DNA of 30,975 nt, taken from a virus. Lineage: Duplodnaviria > Caudoviricetes. Below the pieces are notes generated by a model. It saw only the letters and a list, made by a program, of their open reading frames with translations. It searched no databases and was not told the origin of the DNA. The stretch spans positions 1-30,975 of IMG/VR virus record IMGVR_UViG_3300033076_000560. One strand, given 5' to 3'. Below, piece after piece: positions 15,513 to 24,821 of the stretch. Position numbers and translations under genes: made by a program. The first letter of the stretch is position 1. The number at the start of each line of letters is the position of its first letter.

Positions 15513-18028
15513 TGGCAGAAAAAGAAGCGGTTTTCTCGGTAAGGGTTAACACCGGGAACTCAATAAACGACCTCAATAGCTTTGATAAGGCATTGAACAA
15601 CCTAAATAACGATGTAAACAAGACGCAAAGCAACCTTGCAGATAACACAGCAACAGATGATTTTGCTAAAAACCTTGAAGAACTAAACGCTAAAGTAGCG
15701 GCAGGTGGTCTTTCAATGCGCCAATTGTCAAAAGTGGTGCGCGAATACCAATCAATTGTAATGCAAGCAGGCGAGCAAAGCCCCGTTGGCCAATCAGCAC
15801 TAAGGGCGGCAGCAGAACTTACCGATAGAATGGGGGATGTTCGAGCCCAAACAACCGCGTTAAGTTCTGATTTTGTAGGCTTGGACACCGCCGTTATGGG
15901 TATTCAAACGGGCGCAGCCGTCTTTGAGGGCGTACAAAGCGCCATTGCCTTAACGGGTGTTGAAAATGAAAAGCTGATGCAAACCATGGTAAAGCTACAA
16001 GCAGTGCAAGGTGTTGCAAATAGCATCAATACAATTGCCGTATCGCTCAACAAAGAAAGCGTGCTTGGTTTACAATTACGCACGGCTTGGGAACGCATTT
16101 ACGCGGCATCCGTTGGCCAATCAACTGGAGCCATGAAGTTATTTCGCGTTGCTTTGATTTCAACAGGTATCGGCGCGCTTATTGTTGGCCTAGGTTTGCT
16201 CATTGCTAACTTTGATAAGGTTACTAAGTTTGTGCAAGCGGCTTACGACAAGTTCAATAAGCTGGGCGCAGGTGTGAAAATTGCCATTTCGGTAATGTTC
16301 CCAATAATTGGCGTGCTTTACGGCATTACCAAAGCGCTAGAATACTTCGGAGTAATTGACGACGAAACCGAACGCAAAACAAAAGCCAATGCAACAAGAC
16401 GAACCAAGCATGCGCAAAAGGAAGCTGATGAAAACATCAAGCAACTGAAGCGCCAGCAAAAGTCTATCAGCGATAAATACGATCATGAAATAAACATGGC
16501 CAAGGCGGCAGGAAAAGACACTGCCGATTTGGAACAAAAGAAACGCGCCGAAATGCTAAAGACTGGGCGCGCAATACTTGAGGAGCTCAAAAAGAAAAAG
16601 GCCGCGTATGAAGAAGAACTAGCAATGCTTAAAAAACTTGGCGATGCAGATAGCAAACGCGCTAAGGACTTGAAAAAGTCAATCAGCGAAAGCCGCACAG
16701 CTGAAAAAGAGCAATACAACGAGAATAAAAAAAATAAGCAGGACATGGAAGTTGCCGAGCAAGAAGCGGCAACCAAAGCTAATGACCGCGCCAAAGAGCG
16801 TAAGAAGTTACGCGACGATGAACTCGCGCAAATCAAAGGCTACTTGAAAGAGGTTGAACAATACAACATGACCAATGAGGAGCGCGATATTGCGGGCGTA
16901 CAAGAGAAGTTTGCCGAGCGGTTGAAAGCCGCGCGTAAATACTACAAAGAGGATTCGCCACAGGTGCAAGCCTTACTCATTCAGCAGATGAATGAAGAAA
17001 ACGACGTGCGGCTAAAATATCAAAATGAGGAGTACGCTAAGACGGTTGAAAACAACGCCAAGAAACTAAAAGAAGCTGAGGATTTAGAAAAGAAAAAACT
17101 AGAGCTATACAATGAAGCTCAAGCAATCATTCTGGACGAATACCAACTAGAGCTTAAAAACTTTGAAGATGCGCAGCGCAAGCAAGTAGAGGCATTAAGC
17201 GAAGCCAACAAGCTAAAGCAAATCACCGATGAAGAATATCTAAAAGGCATGGAGAAACTTGAAAAAGATTATGCCGATAAAGTGGTTGACATCAACAAGA
17301 AAAAAGCCGATAAGATAAAAGAACAAGACAAAAAGAGCCTTGATGAAAAACTAGCCAGTGTGCAATCAATGATTGATGCCGCGCAAAAAATTCTAAACGG
17401 CCTAAACGCAATTAATGACTTGGTAAAGGTTGCGGAGGAAAACCGACTTAACGACGTGAAGCAACGCGCTGAGCAGCAAACAGCCGTGCTTGACCAACAG
17501 CAACAAAGGGAACTTGCACAGCAAGGATTGACCGAGCAGCAAAAGCAGGGCATTAATGACAAGTACGCACAGCTTAAATATCAAAATCAGCTCAAAGCAT
17601 TTCAGGAGGAGGACAAGATTAAGCGTGCTCAGTTCAAGCGAGACAAGGCGCTACGTATTGCTCAAATTGCTATTGATACAGCAAGCGCCATTGTGAAAGG
17701 TATCGCGGAATACGGGCCACCTCCTTCACCTGCTGGTATCTTTGCAATTAGTGCCGCCTCGGCTATCGGTTTAGCGCAAGCAGCCGCCGTTGGAGCTCAG
17801 CAATATCAAGGCGGTCAAATGCCGCAAGCGCCTAATGTTTCGGGCGGTGTGGGCGCAGGCGCATCTACTTTTTCAATAGGCACGAACACGCAGCAAACCA
17901 ACACGCAAACGCAGCAAACACAAACGCAAACGCAAACCATTACACCGGTTGTTGTGCTCGAGGTTAATGACTTTAATGAGGTCGCCAACAAAGTAGCTGT
18001 ACAAGAAGCAAAAAGCAAATTTGGGTAA
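15512..18028 (+). CDS. Tail tape measure protein
   Basis: 838 aa helical protein; hydrophobic ALISTGIGALIVGLGLLIANFD segment, long K/E coiled coil, Ala/Gly-rich C-terminus. Confidence 0.85.
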   Translation: MAEKEAVFSVRVNTGNSINDLNSFDKALNNLNNDVNKTQSNLADNTATDDFAKNLEELNAKVAAGGLSMRQLSKVVREYQSIVMQAGEQSPVGQSALRAAAELTDRMGDVRAQTTALSSDFVGLDTAVMGIQTGAAVFEGVQSAIALTGVENEKLMQTMVKLQAVQGVANSINTIAVSLNKESVLGLQLRTAWERIYAASVGQSTGAMKLFRVALISTGIGALIVGLGLLIANFDKVTKFVQAAYDKFNKLGAGVKIAISVMFPIIGVLYGITKALEYFGVIDDETERKTKANATRRTKHAQKEADENIKQLKRQQKSISDKYDHEINMAKAAGKDTADLEQKKRAEMLKTGRAILEELKKKKAAYEEELAMLKKLGDADSKRAKDLKKSISESRTAEKEQYNENKKNKQDMEVAEQEAATKANDRAKERKKLRDDELAQIKGYLKEVEQYNMTNEERDIAGVQEKFAERLKAARKYYKEDSPQVQALLIQQMNEENDVRLKYQNEEYAKTVENNAKKLKEAEDLEKKKLELYNEAQAIILDEYQLELKNFEDAQRKQVEALSEANKLKQITDEEYLKGMEKLEKDYADKVVDINKKKADKIKEQDKKSLDEKLASVQSMIDAAQKILNGLNAINDLVKVAEENRLNDVKQRAEQQTAVLDQQQQRELAQQGLTEQQKQGINDKYAQLKYQNQLKAFQEEDKIKRAQFKRDKALRIAQIAIDTASAIVKGIAEYGPPPSPAGIFAISAASAIGLAQAAAVGAQQYQGGQMPQAPNVSGGVGAGASTFSIGTNTQQTNTQTQQTQTQTQTITPVVVLEVNDFNEVANKVAVQEAKSKFG
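17881..17938 (+). repeat. CAAAC(G/A/C)-type degenerate hexamer repeat in the TMP C-terminus
   Basis: Encodes TNTQQTNTQTQQTQTQTQT. Confidence 0.6.
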
Positions 18029-18046
18029 CGTAAAAACACAATAGAT

Positions 18047-18679
18047 ATGAAAAAGGACCTACCACTTTACGATATAGGCATTGACCTAAACGATCCCGAA
18101 ACAACCGTATCTTTCAACAGCTTGGTGAAATCGCCTGCGCATGAAAAATCTTTTGAGGTGTTCAGCAACAAAAAGCGCTATGAATTTAACGATGCCGAGC
18201 AAGTTATAACAGGTGTAATGATTGCAGCTGATACGCCGATTTATCGCTTTGATACGAATACAAAAGAAGAGTATTATGTGCAATTCGGTAAGCAAGCCAT
18301 TAAAGACATTGTTTTCGATTATGCCAAAAGGGGCAATTTCAATAATGTAAACCTAGAGCACAACAAAAAGGACGTTGTCAAAGACATTTACATGACTATG
18401 CTTTATGTCATTGATGAGGTCAACGGCTTTACAGCACCCGAGCGCTTTGCTGATGAAACAGACGGCACGGCCATTGTGAGCTACAAAGTCATGGATAAAG
18501 ACGTTTATGAAGCGGCGAAAAACGGAGAGTTTACAGGCTTTTCAATCGAGGGTGTTTTTGCGCTTTACGACACGGGCAAAACCTCGCAAGGCTTCAACTC
18601 ATTTGATAAGGAGCTCGACGCATTTATTTCGGATTTAGAAGCAATTGCGCAACGACTTGGCACATTAGTAAAATCTTAA
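18047..18679 (+). CDS. XkdF-like prohead serine protease
   Basis: GVMIAADTPIYR...NVNLEH...GEFTGFSIEG; upstream of scaffold and capsid. Confidence 0.85.
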   Translation: MKKDLPLYDIGIDLNDPETTVSFNSLVKSPAHEKSFEVFSNKKRYEFNDAEQVITGVMIAADTPIYRFDTNTKEEYYVQFGKQAIKDIVFDYAKRGNFNNVNLEHNKKDVVKDIYMTMLYVIDEVNGFTAPERFADETDGTAIVSYKVMDKDVYEAAKNGEFTGFSIEGVFALYDTGKTSQGFNSFDKELDAFISDLEAIAQRLGTLVKS

Positions 18680-18683
18680 AATC

Positions 18684-19508
18684 ATGAAGGAAAAATTTGA
18701 AAAAATTAAAGCATTGTTTGCGAGTATTTCAAAAACGCTTGCACAAAAGTTTTTTGAGACCGCGTTAGAAGATGGCACTATCCTTACTTGGGAAGGCGAC
18801 TTAACGGTTGGCACACGTGTTTTTGTTGTTGACGGCGAAAACGAAGTGCCAGCACCTGAAGGCACGCACAAATTGACTGGAGAATATGAAGGCAAAAGTA
18901 TCGTATTAGATGCTGAGGGCTTAATCGTTGAGGTAATCGAAGAGGGCGCACAAAGTTCTGACGAGGAAAAGACCGAAGTTTTCAGCAAAAAAGCAATTGA
19001 GCACTTTGCAGAAATCGCACAGGTATCTATGTGGTCAATGAATGTAGACCAAGAAACGATTGAAGTAGGCACAAAACTTACTTATTCTTATACATACGGC
19101 GAAACAACCGACGTTTACACCCTTTCAGCAGGCGAATATCAAGATGCTAACGGCCGCCGCTTCTTGGTTGATGCTAATGGAGTAGTTCAAATGTTCTTGG
19201 AAGGAACGGCAAGCGCACAAACTCAAAACTCAGATGAGGAAATGAGCGCGGCTATTGCTGACCTCAAAGCGACAAATGCCAACATCTTTGCAGCAGCTAA
19301 AGCAATGCAAGAAGTAGTTGAGCAAATGAGCGCTGAGAACGCTGAACTAAAAACTGAGCTCGCAACACTTACTGAGCGCTTTAACGCTGTGGCCTCCAAG
19401 CCGTCGGACAACAAGACCGAAACGCAGCGTGTAACACGTGAGGAAAGTAAGTTCACAGCTCAACAAAGCATCTTGTTCAAAGCAGCACAAGAGGCACGTA
19501 AAAAGTAA
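18684..19508 (+). CDS. Capsid scaffolding protein
   Basis: Acidic; LEDGTIL...VPAPEGTHKL domain and C-terminal coiled coil; lies between protease and capsid. Confidence 0.7.
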   Translation: MKEKFEKIKALFASISKTLAQKFFETALEDGTILTWEGDLTVGTRVFVVDGENEVPAPEGTHKLTGEYEGKSIVLDAEGLIVEVIEEGAQSSDEEKTEVFSKKAIEHFAEIAQVSMWSMNVDQETIEVGTKLTYSYTYGETTDVYTLSAGEYQDANGRRFLVDANGVVQMFLEGTASAQTQNSDEEMSAAIADLKATNANIFAAAKAMQEVVEQMSAENAELKTELATLTERFNAVASKPSDNKTETQRVTREESKFTAQQSILFKAAQEARKK

Positions 19509-19537
19509 ATTATAAACCCCAAAAACAAAAAACAAAA

Positions 19538-20503
19538 ATGGCTTCTTTAAAATCCATCATTAAAAGCAAATTCGATTACGATGTAACGGATTTAACGGCT
19601 TACGTTGACGACCAACAAGCTGAACTTGTAACACGCTCAGTAAGCGAGGCGGTTACACTTAACTACATTCGCACCCAAGAGGGCGTGAAAGGTTCGCAAG
19701 ACATCAAATTGTTGAATGACGAAATCATTTACCAAGCAGCAGATTGCGACATGACCGCTCAAGGCGATACCGGGTTTTCGGATCGCAAAATTACAACCGT
19801 AGCAATTGGCTACAAAAAAGGATTTTGTAACAAAGACCTCGACGGATTCTGGACGCAATTAGCATTGCAACCGGGCGCAATGGCTGAGGACAAACAACTT
19901 CCATTTGAGCAAGCTATTACAGGCTATCTTTTGCAATTGAACGCGCTTCAATTAGACAAATTGATTTGGCAAGGTAATACCTCAACGGGTACAGGAAACC
20001 TTCAGTGGTTCAATGGCTTCAAAACAATCTTAACTGTTGCAAACGGATGTGTTGATTTGAACCCTACGGCAATCGCCTCAATTACGAACTCAAATGCTTA
20101 CGATATTTTCTACGGCTGCTACGCAAACATGAGCGATGCAATTATGGAAAGCCCTGAGAAAATCGCATTTACAAGCCGTGGCAACTTTGACAAATTGATG
20201 AAGAACTTAGTTGACCTTAATTTCTTTCATTACTCGCCAGCCGCTATCGCTGCGATGAATGAAGTTATCATCCCGGGTACTGACTTAACAGTTGTTAAAA
20301 CACCGGGCTTAGCTGGTACAACTGAAATCTTTGTTGGTAAGCGTTCACACTTTGTATTTGGTACTGACCTCGCAAGCGATTCAGCTTCTTACGAGCTTTG
20401 GTATTCTCAAGATGACGACAAACTTTACATCCGTTCTAAAATGCGCGGTGGTGTACAAGTTCCGTTCTTGAACGAAATCGGCGTTTTCGCTTTGGCTGAC
20501 TAA
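19538..20503 (+). CDS. Major capsid protein
   Basis: 321 aa; FCNKDL, LIWQGN, FNGF, FVFGTDL motifs; position; followed by a hairpin. Confidence 0.85.
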   Translation: MASLKSIIKSKFDYDVTDLTAYVDDQQAELVTRSVSEAVTLNYIRTQEGVKGSQDIKLLNDEIIYQAADCDMTAQGDTGFSDRKITTVAIGYKKGFCNKDLDGFWTQLALQPGAMAEDKQLPFEQAITGYLLQLNALQLDKLIWQGNTSTGTGNLQWFNGFKTILTVANGCVDLNPTAIASITNSNAYDIFYGCYANMSDAIMESPEKIAFTSRGNFDKLMKNLVDLNFFHYSPAAIAAMNEVIIPGTDLTVVKTPGLAGTTEIFVGKRSHFVFGTDLASDSASYELWYSQDDDKLYIRSKMRGGVQVPFLNEIGVFALAD

Positions 20504-20518
20504 TCAAAGGCAAATTTT

Positions 20519-20543
20519 AAGGGGTGGCAACACCCCTTTATTT
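20519..20543 (+). terminator. Hairpin/terminator after the capsid gene
   Basis: AAGGGGTG-GCAA-CACCCCTT (GNRA loop) with an interrupted T-tract. Confidence 0.7.
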
Positions 20544-20568
20544 ACATAACCCATTAAATCAAAAAATT

Positions 20569-21090
20569 ATGTCTTGTGGACTTACAGCAGGTTGGAATGA
20601 TAGGATTTGCACCAACGGAAAGGGTGGTATTAAATCGGTTTTATTCTTCCTTAAAGACCAAGTTAGCGGCAACCCTACAAAGGTAGCTAACGAGATTACG
20701 GCAATGACCGTAACTGGAGATACTTATCTCTACAAATTAAAGCGCGATTTGTCAAATGCAACTTATCCAGTTCGCGCAAATGACAACGGCACCTTATTCT
20801 ACGAGCACACACTCACAGCGGTATTGAATAACGATACCAAAGAGTTGCGCGCTGAAATTGATTTGCTTGCACAAAACGAGCTTGTTGCAGTTGTTGAAAA
20901 ACGTAACGGCGACATCATCGTTTTAGGACTTGACCAAGGCTTACAGATTCGTGAAGCGTCTGAGGCTGGCACAGGTACTGCGGTTAGTGATCGCAACGGC
21001 CACACAATCGTAATGACCTCAATGGAAGATAACACGCCGCCAGACCTTGCGACGGCTGTTTATACTACCTTGTTAGGCCAAGCAGTTTAA
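20569..21090 (+). CDS. Major tail (tube) protein
   Basis: Start MSCGLTAG (ATG 20569); C...GGIK, FYEHTL, GTAVSDRNGHTI motifs. Confidence 0.75.
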   Translation: MSCGLTAGWNDRICTNGKGGIKSVLFFLKDQVSGNPTKVANEITAMTVTGDTYLYKLKRDLSNATYPVRANDNGTLFYEHTLTAVLNNDTKELRAEIDLLAQNELVAVVEKRNGDIIVLGLDQGLQIREASEAGTGTAVSDRNGHTIVMTSMEDNTPPDLATAVYTTLLGQAV

Positions 21091-21109
21091 TTCTAATCTA
21101 CTACAAATC

Positions 21110-21141
21110 AAAAGGCAAGGTGTAACGCTTTGCCTTTTTTT
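21110..21141 (+). terminator. Intrinsic terminator after the tail tube gene
   Basis: AAAAGGCAA...TTGCCTTTTTTT. Confidence 0.8.
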
Positions 21142-21153
21142 ATACTTTTGATT

Positions 21154-21363
21154 ATGGCAAAAATCCGAAAAGAGTGCTTAGGTTTGCAAATGAAATCACC
21201 GCTTGTAAATAAGTGGTTCACGATTACCGAAGGCAATGAGAAAACTTATAAGGCGTTACAATTCGATGTATTTGAGAAGCCTAAAAAACCCAAGAAAAAT
21301 GCTGATAGTTTACAAAGCACAGGCGAACCTGATAACGGTAACGGCAACGGAGCTGGCAACTGA
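21154..21363 (+). CDS. Small hypothetical protein
   Basis: ATG 21154, MAKIRKECLG..., 69 aa. Confidence 0.55.
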   Translation: MAKIRKECLGLQMKSPLVNKWFTITEGNEKTYKALQFDVFEKPKKPKKNADSLQSTGEPDNGNGNGAGN

Positions 21364-21655
21364 ACAAGACCCGATTTTTCTTTTTGAGTTTACGCACCAC
21401 CAAAGCGCCGAACAACTTAGTGCTGTGCTTCAAAATGAAAGCATGAGCACACAGCGATACGATGAGTTTGTAATTGATGAAGGGGTAAATATTACCTTTC
21501 CATATACAGGCGATTACACATATCGCATTAAAGAGCAACAAACAGGTATTCTTTTGGAAGTTGGCCGCTTAGTGGTCAAAGAAGCTAAAGCACCTGACAA
21601 CGTATATAATGACCAAGTAACCGACGAAATCTACAATGGAGAAGCAACCAATTAA
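21299..21655 (+). CDS. Small beta-rich structural protein preceding the portal
   Basis: ATG 21299, MLIVYKAQAN...FLFEF...RYDEF...GDYTYRI...LEVG. Confidence 0.6.
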   Translation: MLIVYKAQANLITVTATELATEQDPIFLFEFTHHQSAEQLSAVLQNESMSTQRYDEFVIDEGVNITFPYTGDYTYRIKEQQTGILLEVGRLVVKEAKAPDNVYNDQVTDEIYNGEATN

Positions 21656-23609
21656 AACAGCCAAGACCGAGCGCATTAATTTCGCTAAAACCATGGCCAA
21701 GCCTACCGAGGAAAAAGACCGCGGTGGCTTCATTAAATGGGGTAAAAAAAACGATTGGCCTTTTTTCATCAATGAGCTACGAGAAGGTAGCCCAGTGCAT
21801 GGCGGCATCATAAAAAACAAAGTGCGCTATATTTCAGGTGGCGGCATTGAAGTGGTAAGTGGCCAACTTGATGAATTTCTACAAAACAAATACGCCGATT
21901 TTACCATTGATGAGGTTGCCGATTCAATGACCGAAGATTACGAAGGATTCGGCGGGTTTATTGTAAAAGGCACTTGGGACATGGAAGGCTCAAAGGTTGC
22001 AAAATGGGAAGCACTGCCAATTGACAACTGCCGATTCAGTGAAAAATTAGATCGTGTTTATTTGTCCGACGATTGGAACGCGCAAAACCAAAGCGAGGAA
22101 AAAACGAACTTTCGCAGCTATCCTGTGCTTGACGAAAAAAACCCCACTGGCTCTTTCTTTATCTTCTACAAAGACCCAGTCAAGAAAAACAAAAAAGAGC
22201 TTGGCATCTATCCAAAGCCGCCTTATTTCTCAGGCATCTATGCAATAGAAACTGACTACCTATTGAACCGCTACAATAATAGTTTGGTTCAAAACTCTTT
22301 CAGCTCGGGTAAAATGATCGTGTTAACTGACGGCATCCCGGAAACCCAAGCTGAAATTGACAAGGCAGTACAAGGCATCAAGAATAAAAGCGCAGGCGTT
22401 GACAACGCAGGCGATATTGTAGTAACATTTGCCGAAAGCCGCGACCGCGCGCCAATAGTTGAAAACCTTAACGGCGACGACCTAGACAAGAGATACAGCC
22501 AAACGGGCACAACTACGCTACAAAACATTTTAATTGCTCACGGGGTTGTATCGCCCACCTTGTTTGGAGTAATGCAGCAGGGCTCATTTAATGCAGCCGA
22601 GAGCGCACAGTTATTCGAGGTGTTCAAAAAGACTTATGTAACCCAAAGGCAAGAGCGCTTAAACTGGATGCTCAACAAAATGGTTGAGCTGTCCGGGTAC
22701 GTTGGCGAAATCAAGTTAGTAGAAGTCAAGCCAATTGAGGACCCGACTAATAATACAACTAGTGCGCCTTCAGTAGTGGTAAACAATACAACGGCAACAG
22801 CTGAAAAAAGCGAAAAACTAAGCGCCTCTGAAGTTGGTGCTTTACTTGAAATATCAATGAAAGTAAATAGCGGCGAAATAACCGCCGATTCAGCTGCCGA
22901 GATTATTATCGCTTCATTCCCGTCAATTGATGAGGCCACAGCTAAGAAAATGGTAGGCCTTGAAACGCAGGCTTTCTCTAGTTGCCGCCATTCGCATACG
23001 TTTAGCAAATCGGACATTGAGGTATTTGAGGAATTTGGCGCAGATTTTGGCGATTTTGAAGAGTTTGCGCGCTTGCCAATTGAGTGGGATAGCAAAGGCG
23101 ACGACGTTTTCAGCAAGCATGAGCAATTATTTGCTACAATTGGCGAGATTTCAGCTGAAATGCAAGATGCAGATAAGCAAATTTTGGCCTTATTAAACAA
23201 CGGCGAGGATTCAAACGGCATCGCCGAGGCCACAGGGCTAGCGATTAAGGACGTTGCTTTGTCAATTGCACGCCTTAATGACTGGGGATTGATTAAAAAC
23301 GGCGAACTCTCAGCACTTGCAGAGCGCTTAATTGCCTCGGTAGAGGGTGAAATACCAACGTTTGAGATTCGTTACACCTATCAAGTGCGCTCAGATGTGC
23401 CCGAAGCAAAGAGCGGAAGCCGTGAATTTTGCACGCAGCTCATGAGTTTAAACCGCGCTTACACCCGAGAGGAGATAAATACAATTTCGGAGCGTGTAGA
23501 TCGTGATGTATGGGTTTATAAAGGCGGTTTCTATACCAACCCAGACACCCAAGTAACCACACCTTGGTGTCGCCACTTATGGTTTCAATCAATCGTAACA
23601 AAAAAATAA
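21636..23609 (+). CDS. Portal protein with a multi-domain C-terminal extension
   Basis: WGKKNDWP, SPVHGGII, YPKPPY, ILIAHGVVSPTLFG portal motifs; C-terminal SREFC...YKGG...CRHLW domain. Confidence 0.85.
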   Translation: MEKQPIKTAKTERINFAKTMAKPTEEKDRGGFIKWGKKNDWPFFINELREGSPVHGGIIKNKVRYISGGGIEVVSGQLDEFLQNKYADFTIDEVADSMTEDYEGFGGFIVKGTWDMEGSKVAKWEALPIDNCRFSEKLDRVYLSDDWNAQNQSEEKTNFRSYPVLDEKNPTGSFFIFYKDPVKKNKKELGIYPKPPYFSGIYAIETDYLLNRYNNSLVQNSFSSGKMIVLTDGIPETQAEIDKAVQGIKNKSAGVDNAGDIVVTFAESRDRAPIVENLNGDDLDKRYSQTGTTTLQNILIAHGVVSPTLFGVMQQGSFNAAESAQLFEVFKKTYVTQRQERLNWMLNKMVELSGYVGEIKLVEVKPIEDPTNNTTSAPSVVVNNTTATAEKSEKLSASEVGALLEISMKVNSGEITADSAAEIIIASFPSIDEATAKKMVGLETQAFSSCRHSHTFSKSDIEVFEEFGADFGDFEEFARLPIEWDSKGDDVFSKHEQLFATIGEISAEMQDADKQILALLNNGEDSNGIAEATGLAIKDVALSIARLNDWGLIKNGELSALAERLIASVEGEIPTFEIRYTYQVRSDVPEAKSGSREFCTQLMSLNRAYTREEINTISERVDRDVWVYKGGFYTNPDTQVTTPWCRHLWFQSIVTKK

Positions 23610-23612
23610 GCT

Positions 23613-24113
23613 ATGCAATTTCTAGTATCAGTCGATGAGGTAAAGCGCCGAGGCATTGTGCACCAAAATGTAGACACGAAGCTCATTTCTATTGCGATAA
23701 CACGCGCGCAAGATATTAACATTCAAACCGCTTTAAATACTTGCTTGTATAAAGAGCTTTTGCGCCGTGTCAAAGAAGATGATTGGAACGCAAACTATTC
23801 GGAGCTCATGAATGAGTACGTATTGCCAGCGCTTATTGCTTTTGTAGATTACCGGGCGTGCGACCTTGTTACAGACCGAGTAATGAACCGCGGCACGGGC
23901 ACTTTGCAAGACACCAACTTTAACCCGATGTCGGATAGCGAACGCAACCCATTGCGCGACCGATTAAGAAAAGATGCTTATTTTTACAAAGAGCGCTTGA
24001 TTGGCTACCTATGTGATGACAACGGCGTTAAGTTTCCATTATACACCGATTGCGAGTGCAAAAAAGAGAATGTCAAGAAGGAAAAAGAGGGCTTCAAAGT
24101 GAATTGGCATTAA
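23613..24113 (+). CDS. Head-tail adaptor/connector protein
   Basis: 166 aa helical protein directly after the portal; AQDINIQTALNTCLY...YKERLIGYL. Confidence 0.65.
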   Translation: MQFLVSVDEVKRRGIVHQNVDTKLISIAITRAQDINIQTALNTCLYKELLRRVKEDDWNANYSELMNEYVLPALIAFVDYRACDLVTDRVMNRGTGTLQDTNFNPMSDSERNPLRDRLRKDAYFYKERLIGYLCDDNGVKFPLYTDCECKKENVKKEKEGFKVNWH

Positions 24114-24164
24114 AGCCATTTAGACCTAGCAAAGAAAGTATTGATAAATTAAAACGCTACCTAA

Positions 24165-24821
24165 ATGGAAATGACAATAAACCAACTAGCAAAAGAGCTC
24201 GAAATAATAGCCCAAGAGCATAAGCAAATTAACGGCTTTTTCTTTGGCGAGTTCTTTCAGGCTTTCGCTCAGGAAGAACCGGTAAGTTATCCGCTCATGG
24301 TTGTAACATTACAACCCGGCTCGATGTCCGAAAAAACGGTAAACGTGAACTGCATAATTACAATTTGCGACAAGTATATAACCGACAATGTGCGAAGCGT
24401 TAAGGAAGTGCACAGCGATTGTTTGCAAATCCTTCGCGACATTGACATAACGCTACGTCAAGAACGTTTTGAGGATTTAACGCTAAGCACTCAAAACGCA
24501 ACTGAGCCATTTGTCGAAAGGCAGGCTGATATTATAGCTGGGTGGTTTATGTCCGTTCAAATGAACATATTTGACTTGCAAGATTGGTGCGCGATTCCTT
24601 ACTATAATTATGATTTTGAAAACGGCGATGGCGCTTACGTGCCAGAGTGCGAACCCGCTGCCGTAACAAATACCGATGACACTTACAACGATCAAATTGC
24701 GGCAGGGCAAACGCTTATTTTGCCCGATACAGCGGTAACTGTATTCGTTGAAGGTGTCGAGCAACAAACGCAACAACTGCCCACATTAGGAAGTGGCACG
24801 ATAACAATAAATTGGCAATAA
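24165..24821 (+). CDS. Tail terminator/completion-like protein with a C-terminal beta extension
   Basis: YPLMVV...SDCLQILRDI...EPFVER..IAGW...CAIP pattern. Confidence 0.6.
   Translation: MEMTINQLAKELEIIAQEHKQINGFFFGEFFQAFAQEEPVSYPLMVVTLQPGSMSEKTVNVNCIITICDKYITDNVRSVKEVHSDCLQILRDIDITLRQERFEDLTLSTQNATEPFVERQADIIAGWFMSVQMNIFDLQDWCAIPYYNYDFENGDGAYVPECEPAAVTNTDDTYNDQIAAGQTLILPDTAVTVFVEGVEQQTQQLPTLGSGTITINWQ

Noticed and set aside
20524-20568. GTG start for the tail tube gene
   Set aside because: It lies within the capsid terminator stem; ATG 20569 has the A-rich initiation context.
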